A DNA stretch of 64,000 nt. Source: a virus (taxonomy: Duplodnaviria; Heunggongvirae; Uroviricota; Caudoviricetes). The stretch lies in IMG/VR virus record IMGVR_UViG_3300009703_000007, positions 30,121-94,120 of that record. One strand, given 5' to 3'. Positions 57,615 through 64,000 of the stretch are shown piece by piece. Each line of letters opens with the position of its first letter. The first letter of the stretch is position 1. The position numbers were made by a program, and so were the translations under genes. Below the pieces are notes generated by a model. The model was not told the DNA's origin. It ran no database searches and was given only the letters and a program-made list of their open reading frames with translations.

Positions 57615-58556
57615 ATGGCTACAGCAGACCTCAATCAGGATCGACTCAGCTACGTCGACGCGACAGGAAAGACTCAGTTTCAGATATACTCACTGGTACT
57701 GAACGCCATCAGCATCACGGATGGCCTTTTCCTGTTTAAGATAAATGACGTGTTGGTGCCTGCGGGAGACACGTACGAGCGTGTCTGCAACATAGGTGAC
57801 CTGTCGGACTTCCTTCAGGATCGTGCCGCAGCCGTAACCGCGGGGGACTCTTACTACAGATCATCTGCTCTTACTGTCGACTACGACGACATCGAGACTG
57901 CGATAGCTGCGGCAACAGTCATTAAAGAACGTGTCAGCGCTCTTATAGAGTTGTACACGCAGTATCTCGCTGACTTCTTTGGTAACGACACTACACCGGT
58001 ACCCACAGGTGACACCACTCTTTTCGATGCTTTAGTAGCTACTGCTGAGGCCCAGCACGTAGTATATACCGCAGCACAAGCTACAGCTGCTGCTGCTATG
58101 GTGACAAAGAATGCTGCGGATGTCGCACATGCGACACTAGACCTGATCAACAATAAAGTCATACCCATTGAAGCAGATGTTACTGCCCTAGAAGCAGTTG
58201 CGGTAACATCAAATGCTGTAGCTACTTCGATACACACAGCGGCTTTAGCTACAGGGCTGGATGCTGATCCAACCTACGTATCAGTGTGGTCCACGCTGAA
58301 CGGGTTCTCTTCGGGAACCGGGACTACATCCGTAAACCAAATACAGATCGACTTGACTGCCAGATTGGCAGATATCACTGCCCTGGGCGTGTCTACAAGT
58401 ACGCTGCTGTCCAACGCCGCCTTCGAGGTGACAACGACGTCCAATGCCCTAGTTGTGGCAGATGCTGATGAAGCAGCTCAACTGGCATTGCGGACTCAAT
58501 ATGCAGCGGATGTGCTGGCTATTGACCCCACTTACCAGTTCAGCTGGATGCCCTAA
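57615..58556 (+). CDS. Ala-rich helical hypothetical protein
   Basis: 313 aa, AAGGAG RBS, own AT-rich upstream region; lone + strand gene in a minus block. Confidence 0.65.
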   Translation: MATADLNQDRLSYVDATGKTQFQIYSLVLNAISITDGLFLFKINDVLVPAGDTYERVCNIGDLSDFLQDRAAAVTAGDSYYRSSALTVDYDDIETAIAAATVIKERVSALIELYTQYLADFFGNDTTPVPTGDTTLFDALVATAEAQHVVYTAAQATAAAAMVTKNAADVAHATLDLINNKVIPIEADVTALEAVAVTSNAVATSIHTAALATGLDADPTYVSVWSTLNGFSSGTGTTSVNQIQIDLTARLADITALGVSTSTLLSNAAFEVTTTSNALVVADADEAAQLALRTQYAADVLAIDPTYQFSWMP

Positions 58557-59020
58557 AGTGTAACAGTACCGGACTTACGGAACTCCTTAAGTAGCTTCGT
58601 CTCATACTTAGGGCCGTTTTTCTGTATCAGGCCCGTGACGTGTTCCGCCTCTTCAGCAGAGACCAGCTCCTTAGTTATTGGATGTCGTTTTCTCCGTCGC
58701 TGTTTCGACTCTGTTTCGCCCGCACTTTTGGGCGTTGACTTGCCCCTGCGACGTGGTGGCGGCGCAGGAGTCGTAATCAGTGGCTCGGTCTCACCCCGTT
58801 CCGCCATCTTGGCGAAGAATTTTCTCGGGTTGACGGGTAATGAGAACATGGTTAGGGACCTTCCGTCTGCGTCGACAGTAGCTCCCTCTACGTGTATGAA
58901 GTCTTCCGAAGTCAAATCCATGTTGTGTACTTGGAAGACGCCGGTGGATAGAATCTCAGCAAGTTCTTTGTGTGTAAACTGCAGTGGTCCACCTCGGCTT
59001 GGTGACTTTTTGTGTGCCAT
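58553..59020 (-). CDS. basic hypothetical protein (possible nucleic-acid binder)
   Basis: Likely ATG at 59020 (MAHKKSPSRGG) with GAGG RBS; PPPRRRGK and KQRRRKRH tracts. Confidence 0.55.
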   Translation of the reverse strand: MAHKKSPSRGGPLQFTHKELAEILSTGVFQVHNMDLTSEDFIHVEGATVDADGRSLTMFSLPVNPRKFFAKMAERGETEPLITTPAPPPRRRGKSTPKSAGETESKQRRRKRHPITKELVSAEEAEHVTGLIQKNGPKYETKLLKEFRKSGTVTL

Positions 59021-59058
59021 TCGAAACCTCGGACGCAGCAAGTTAAAGACGAATCAGT

Positions 59059-59122
59059 CTATGCTTGTTACTTTGTGTTCTGTGGTTAGCCTATGAGAAT
59101 TACTTTGTACTCTGTGTCAGTG
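59059..59122. repeat. degenerate 32-nt tandem dimer downstream of the RT
   Basis: CTATGCTTGTTACTTTGTGTTCTGTGGTTAGC vs CTATGAGAATTACTTTGTACTCTGTGTCAGTG; core 17-mers match 15/17. Confidence 0.6.
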
Positions 59123-59135
59123 CTGTTTTGTACTA

Positions 59136-59255
59136 CTAGCTTAGCGCTAGTATTTCGTCAAGCCCTGTAACTAAGACGGGCAAGATAGCCAACACACATT
59201 GCCCGAACAACTTAGTGAACGGGGAAAATATGAGTCGGTGTAGAGCACGTAACAT
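59136..59255 (-). CDS. 39-aa hydrophobic micro-ORF (below the ORF-track cutoff)
   Basis: AAGGAG 9 nt before the ATG; MLRALHRLIFSPFTKLFGQCVLAILPVLVTGLDEILALS*. Confidence 0.4.
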   Translation of the reverse strand: MLRALHRLIFSPFTKLFGQCVLAILPVLVTGLDEILALS

Positions 59256-59275
59256 ATACTCTCACTCCTTTGTGA

Positions 59276-60424
59276 TTACTCAAGTTGAGCTGCGTGTAAT
59301 TCCTTAGCTTCGTTAAGCACTGGAAGAAGTTTATCGCGTTTGGCCGGATTGACCTGGCCCATGTAATTTACCATGCCAACCAAGTGCTGGTGTAGTTGGA
59401 GACCCGAGTCGAATCCTGCTCTACCAGCTTGCGCGTCAAACCCTGTCTTCAGACAGTTGTGAACCAACGCTCTGTACTTCAAGTACTTGGTTCTCGGGAC
59501 GTTAGCATGGGCGTTTACCACCATGCCTAGTACGATCTGACGTCCACCAGATCTTTCTACTTTTGTTTTGTTGTGGTTGACTCTGAACCTGCAACCTCTC
59601 ACTATGTTGTACAGCTTTTGCAGCATCCAGTCAACTACTACACGAGGTATGGCGTGGGACGATGAGATGTCAAGATCATCGCTGTACCTCGTGTATGTAA
59701 GTTTTAGGTCTTTGGGAAATACATACTCTACCCACTCAACATCCCCACGACTTGTCACCATAACTTTGGACCAGTCGTAGTCGTAATTGCTTTGCCAGAC
59801 ACCGTCCTTAGGGAAAACCTGTCGCTTGCCTGGTAGTGTGTCTAGAAAGCTCCGTATTCTGGGATCCAGAGATTGCATAGCCGCTAGATTGCAAACATCT
59901 CCACTTGTAGGAGCCCCCTGTGGAACAGTGCCATCCTTGGTACATATATCAGCCACTACGCGCGACGCCGTGTGACTCATGCCCAGCGTTCTCAGAGCCG
60001 ATGAAACCATAAAGTATGTCGTGGTATCGAAGAACGACTCCAAGTCCATGGATATGATTAGTTTGGATCCGGTGTGCTGGTCAGCTGTGTGCCTACACGA
60101 CCTCCCACTAACGTAGGCCCCCACGTGATCCGGTTTAGGTATTCTGTGTAGTACACGCTTAGTCAGCCTCTTCTGAGCGAACTTCAGTGGACGCGAGGGA
60201 TTCCATACCTGTCGGTACTTCCCGCCCTTCTTAGGGATGCGTATGCTGGTGTACATACCATTCTTAGCCTTACTCAAGTACCATAGAAACTTGGGCGAGA
60301 CGCCCATTGCATTTGCAATAGCGCCTAGGTCGGCGGGTATAGTCGTCAGGTTAACATTGACTGCTGTTACAGCAGCCTCCAAACCTGGAGTATCATTAGA
60401 ATTCGATAATCCTGCTATTTTCAT
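59276..60424 (-). CDS. retron-type reverse transcriptase
   Basis: IPKKGGKYRQVWNP, LKFAQK, AYVSGRS..TADQH (NAxxH-like), MDLESFF, VPQGAPTS, YTRYSDD, VNHNKT, QIVLGMVVN (VTG-like), GMVNYMGQVNP. Confidence 0.9.
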   Translation of the reverse strand: MKIAGLSNSNDTPGLEAAVTAVNVNLTTIPADLGAIANAMGVSPKFLWYLSKAKNGMYTSIRIPKKGGKYRQVWNPSRPLKFAQKRLTKRVLHRIPKPDHVGAYVSGRSCRHTADQHTGSKLIISMDLESFFDTTTYFMVSSALRTLGMSHTASRVVADICTKDGTVPQGAPTSGDVCNLAAMQSLDPRIRSFLDTLPGKRQVFPKDGVWQSNYDYDWSKVMVTSRGDVEWVEYVFPKDLKLTYTRYSDDLDISSSHAIPRVVVDWMLQKLYNIVRGCRFRVNHNKTKVERSGGRQIVLGMVVNAHANVPRTKYLKYRALVHNCLKTGFDAQAGRAGFDSGLQLHQHLVGMVNYMGQVNPAKRDKLLPVLNEAKELHAAQLE

Positions 60425-60983
60425 CCTTGTTATTCTGTAGTGTTACTGCCCAATGGGACAGGCATGTCTGATCTAAAAATTCGCACCCATACTTTCCTAT
60501 ACCCCTAAAAAGAATATGTGAGCACCTGTGGCACAGCGACCCTCTATCGTTGCTGAAGTCAGTCGGTTTGCATGCTATAACCAGTGTGTAAGAGGCTCCA
60601 GCAATTTTGGTGGATAGAACGCTTTTCAGTTTACTTTTGGGCCACTCCACGTAGTGTAATTTGTCCTCTTGCTTGGACTTGCTATAGAATTCACGCACGG
60701 GTAATATGATAAACCTACTGAGGCTGAGCATCTGCAGGAATTCTGTAGATACATCCTGCAGCCCAAGCTCTTGTACCACAAGAGTCATGTCACTTTGATC
60801 CACCCCTATGACTATGCTGTTTCTTAGGTAGGTCACAGCTTTCATCTTACTGTCGGCCAGGTACAGCCGCCCGTGGAAGCCTCGTCTAGAGGGCCTCCTA
60901 GAGCTGACTGTCCTGTAACGTACGGATAAAATGCCACTGGCAGTTACATCGAACTGCACTTCTCCGTCTTTAGTTTGTATCAC
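60396..60983 (-). CDS. hypothetical protein with C-terminal Cys cluster, coupled to the RT
   Basis: 195 aa; GTGA overlap with the upstream stop, 29-nt overlap with the RT start; C-x2-C-x12-C-x6-C. Confidence 0.6.
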   Translation of the reverse strand: MIQTKDGEVQFDVTASGILSVRYRTVSSRRPSRRGFHGRLYLADSKMKAVTYLRNSIVIGVDQSDMTLVVQELGLQDVSTEFLQMLSLSRFIILPVREFYSKSKQEDKLHYVEWPKSKLKSVLSTKIAGASYTLVIACKPTDFSNDRGSLCHRCSHILFRGIGKYGCEFLDQTCLSHWAVTLQNNKDENSRIIEF

Positions 60984-62476
60984 TCGAGGCCCTTCAGTGT
61001 CACGACGGTACCCACGGAGCTGAGATTATACGCGTCTCCGGATCCGTGTTTGGAGATCATCCAAATGAACGGGCACTGCGGCATTATTTCTTTGGCGGGG
61101 CACGGTGCGTACCCGTCAGTGTAGTAGAACGCCAAGTCCGGCTCCAATTCACAGCAACGAATGATGGCGGGGTCGAAGGTAGTTCCTCCTCTACCGTCAA
61201 CATCCACCCACGTTTCATCCGCGGTCACAGTCCACTCTTTAGTTATCCGCGTGTCTGCCTGGATAGCTGTAAGTGTCATTCCTTCCTCCTGCATGAAGAA
61301 CTCTTTAAGCAGTGCGAATGCTTCCTTGAGCTCCTCATTGCTGACCGAGGCTGACGTGTCCATCATGAACACGGCGTGGAACGTCTTGTCCTTGATCTTG
61401 CCGGGAAGGAAGAACGAGGGGTCCATGGACCTGCGCTTGGGGCGCTGTACGGAACGCTGCATCGTCAAGGCGATCTTGGTTCGGATGATGTTCAGCAGGA
61501 ACGCCTGCCACGGCACCCTGTACTTCTGCCTCATCTCTTTAAGACGCTGTTGCAAGTGAGCGGGGATAGTTCCTCGCGACTTCTGGACTGCCTCGGCCGC
61601 AGACTGGATTATCTGATCGGTTTCATCTTCCAGTGCTTGGGCCAACTCGCTCATGTCTTGCGACGCCGTGTTCTGGCCGTCATCCTCTTGAACGTCGCCC
61701 TCTTTGTTTCTAGAGTTATTCTTGCCCCACTCGTTGTGGTTTTCACCCCAAGCAGCGCTAGAGAGTCCATCGCCTTTATCGTTCCCTTCTTCGTCGCCTT
61801 CACCCTCGTCGGGGGTAGGAGGTGGAGGTACAGCTAGAAGCTTGAGGACCTCGAGATATGACTCGAAGTCCGAAGCAGGCATGTTGTCTATGCCATCCTG
61901 CTCTGGCAGAAGCGGTGTGAATTCCGACTCATTGAGCATGTGCTGCACGTAGCCAGACCGTCCGTTTATTTTGCGCATTTGACCGTTAACTGCAAAGTCG
62001 GTGGCCTTGAGACACTGGTCTTTGAGTTCCTTGGGAACGTCGTCCAACTTTTGCACGCCCTCTTCTGCGTACTTCATCATCGTACGTGGGACGTGTTTGT
62101 TCTCCAAGTGCACCATCTCATGGTGCAGAGAGTAGATGAACTCACGTGGGGACAGCTTCTTGATTCCCTCAGGGTTGTAAAGTAGTTCGTAGCTGCCTTC
62201 TGTAACCGTGAGGCCCATAGTAGCAACACTCTTGGAGGCTCTGCGCGGCAGGCATGTGGCCATTGTCGCGTAGAAATCTTTGCCCTCTCGGTCCACAAGT
62301 ACCGCTAGAGCTTCGTCGAATTCGATGTCCACAGTATGACTCGCTTTTTGTAGTATTTTACCTATCCTATACTTCGTAGAGAAGTAGGAGATAGCTATGG
62401 ATATTATCCGTGATGGAAACCTGAGTCGGTTGTACAGCATGCTCCGGGGTAATCCCGAGGCGACTGAATTTGTCAA
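60980..62476 (-). CDS. HExxH metallopeptidase-like + vWA domain protein (DUF2201-like)
   Basis: LHHEMVH (HExxH), acidic linker, DTSAS MIDAS, GRGGTTF, YTDG; true start probably the GTG at 62332. Confidence 0.82.
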   Translation of the reverse strand: MTNSVASGLPRSMLYNRLRFPSRIISIAISYFSTKYRIGKILQKASHTVDIEFDEALAVLVDREGKDFYATMATCLPRRASKSVATMGLTVTEGSYELLYNPEGIKKLSPREFIYSLHHEMVHLENKHVPRTMMKYAEEGVQKLDDVPKELKDQCLKATDFAVNGQMRKINGRSGYVQHMLNESEFTPLLPEQDGIDNMPASDFESYLEVLKLLAVPPPPTPDEGEGDEEGNDKGDGLSSAAWGENHNEWGKNNSRNKEGDVQEDDGQNTASQDMSELAQALEDETDQIIQSAAEAVQKSRGTIPAHLQQRLKEMRQKYRVPWQAFLLNIIRTKIALTMQRSVQRPKRRSMDPSFFLPGKIKDKTFHAVFMMDTSASVSNEELKEAFALLKEFFMQEEGMTLTAIQADTRITKEWTVTADETWVDVDGRGGTTFDPAIIRCCELEPDLAFYYTDGYAPCPAKEIMPQCPFIWMISKHGSGDAYNLSSVGTVVTLKGLE

Positions 62477-63377
62477 GACCGCTGATGTTCTTGGTGATAA
62501 CGACTGGCTTGCTCAGCCAGATACTGCATTTGCAGACTCTCGTAAGAGAGAGTTCCCCATTTTGGATCCCCAGCATACTGCTATCTCCATAATGTACGCG
62601 TCCAAATATGGTGCCTCGAACGAAGTGTGGGAAAGCCTACGTGTGGCAGCAGACGTGTACAACGTTGATGAGAGCTTGTTCACGGTCGTGTCTGAGAAGA
62701 CTGCTTCAGTGAGGTCTGAGCCTGTAGCGTATCTTCTGGAAGACCTTAAGAGGTACCCGATCTATGGGGAGCTCTCCATCAAGCAGGCGGAAGAGTACTT
62801 GTATGAGTACGGTGCCAGCATGCATGACAACGCTAGAGAAGAATTCGGGGACAACCTTGTCAAGGTTGCTGAAGACCTGGGTGTAGAGTTGCGCCCGAAT
62901 ACGCTACGTAGAGCGGGGCGTACTGTTACGGATGTTAAGCTAGCCCGTGATATGATGTTTACCCGGTGCTACTACGCAGCCTCAGGAGAAGCCAGGGATG
63001 CATTTATGAAGATTGCTTCTGTGCTCGAAGGCGAGGAAGAAATAGCGGACTCTCGTACACAGACTGAACTGGTAGACCTTCTTAGAACTCTCGATAAGAG
63101 AGCAGGTCTAAGCTACAGCTCTAAGCTTCCTACTCCTGAGCAAACAGTGTACAACACAACTAAAGTAGCTCGAAGAGGGTGGGCTATGGGACCTTATCAG
63201 CTGACCCCCGAGAAGCTGGCCCGCATAGACACCGATATCCTTGGGGATATAATAGGTGACGACATGGTAGATGCCATGTGTGACCGCGGTGAGTTCAACA
63301 TCCGAGAGGCTTCTGCCCTGCTGGGAACTCTACCGAGAGACATCCAGGACGCAGTTGCTCGAACGTTTAGGCTCTAA
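62397..63377 (+). CDS. putative head-associated protein with K-x-A motifs
   Basis: 326 aa, AGGAG RBS; VKTAD, EKTAS, VKVAE, MKIAS, TKVAR, EKLAR. Confidence 0.6.
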   Translation: MDIIRDGNLSRLYSMLRGNPEATEFVKTADVLGDNDWLAQPDTAFADSRKREFPILDPQHTAISIMYASKYGASNEVWESLRVAADVYNVDESLFTVVSEKTASVRSEPVAYLLEDLKRYPIYGELSIKQAEEYLYEYGASMHDNAREEFGDNLVKVAEDLGVELRPNTLRRAGRTVTDVKLARDMMFTRCYYAASGEARDAFMKIASVLEGEEEIADSRTQTELVDLLRTLDKRAGLSYSSKLPTPEQTVYNTTKVARRGWAMGPYQLTPEKLARIDTDILGDIIGDDMVDAMCDRGEFNIREASALLGTLPRDIQDAVARTFRL

Positions 63378-63994
63378 TGGAGTTGGCCCGCAAACAAGAC
63401 ACGGCGCCGGCATACGAATTGCTGGCTGCCTTGTCCGCGGATATACCTGGTTACGTCGATTGGGAGCCTGAGGCCCTGTTCGAAGAACTAGATGATGGTG
63501 GTGTGTCCACGACTGCGCTGCTGCAAGACAAGCTGATGGCTGCTATTGCAGTGAAGCATACAGATGAATTTTACCTGTCCCCGCAGGTGTTTGAGAATAC
63601 CTGCACTGCCTTTGGTAATGCTGTGGTACTTGTGGACGTAGTACAGGAGCCAGAAGTACGCCACATGGCCTGGGCTATGTACGAAGTCAACAAGTTACGC
63701 GAGGATACAGACAAGTCTCTCAAAGAGCCTACGGAAGAGATAGCCAAGTTTGTAGCAGTTGTACTACATAGAGCTGGACTCGTCGTGGCTCCTGACCTTC
63801 TCAAGTTTGCTCAAGAACATCTGGACGACTTGAACCACAATGCAGCGCTCGCTACCGCAGTACGAAAACAGTGGTCCAAGGTGCAGATGTCCAAATTATC
63901 TTCAGCTTCAGTTGAAGAAGACCCTGTTGGTGTGCAGATATCCAGACTTCTAGAAGTAGCTCTGTATATCAAAGCTAGAAAGACTCCTAGATAA
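63377..63994 (+). CDS. hypothetical phage protein
   Basis: 205 aa, TAATG-coupled to the previous gene. Confidence 0.6.
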   Translation: MELARKQDTAPAYELLAALSADIPGYVDWEPEALFEELDDGGVSTTALLQDKLMAAIAVKHTDEFYLSPQVFENTCTAFGNAVVLVDVVQEPEVRHMAWAMYEVNKLREDTDKSLKEPTEEIAKFVAVVLHRAGLVVAPDLLKFAQEHLDDLNHNAALATAVRKQWSKVQMSKLSSASVEEDPVGVQISRLLEVALYIKARKTPR

Positions 63995-64000
63995 GCGCGA

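Noticed and set aside
59276-60424. RT as a diversity-generating retroelement or group II intron maturase
   Set aside because: Motifs are retron-type; no TR/VR pair differing at adenines, no Avd-like gene, no maturase/endonuclease domain or intron domain V was seen. A computational self-alignment would be needed to exclude a TR/VR pair fully.
57538-62476. CRISPR-like or long regularly spaced repeat array associated with the RT
   Set aside because: Only a two-unit degenerate 32-nt repeat was found; no array near the RT or elsewhere in the window.
62333-62476. N-terminal extension of the HExxH-vWA gene overlapping 62397 head to head
   Set aside because: TTG start inside a divergent gene; 62335-62396 looks like a divergent promoter region.
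1-64000. Stop-codon reassignment, tRNA or rRNA genes
   Set aside because: Genes tile the window and are full-length under the standard bacterial code; intergenic gaps show no cloverleaf or rRNA signatures by eye (tRNAscan not run).

Overview
A 64-kb piece of a large tailed dsDNA phage with a contractile tail (myovirus-like). No host housekeeping genes, rRNA, tRNA or CRISPR arrays are visible. The region 72-34 kb is a dense + strand morphogenesis block: many head-associated proteins, a probable prohead protease, decoration and major capsid proteins, neck, sheath, tube, spike, frameshifted tail chaperones, tape measure and hub. It ends in a degenerate MBL-fold gene and a sigma-70 family factor. 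A minus-strand prkA(yeaG)-yeaH-spoVR triad interrupts the tail genes. Baseplate wedge, fibre and lysis genes follow, then an AT-rich element of nested inverted repeats (49.4-49.75 kb). A minus-strand metabolism block holds an M15A peptidase, AAA_28 kinase, tmk, nrdJ with an HNH intein and ruvC. A coupled minus-strand operon encodes a HExxH-vWA protein, a Cys-cluster protein and a retron-type reverse transcriptase, followed by a structured 250-nt segment. Best candidates for something new: (1) this RT operon, which has no canonical upstream msr/msd; (2) the nested-hairpin element (origin or detached ncRNA); (3) a K-x-A motif saturating head proteins but absent from the sheath, a probable maturation-protease code; (4) the phage-borne PrkA triad; (5) a metal-ligand-less MBL protein. 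All family assignments come from motif recognition by eye, not database searches.
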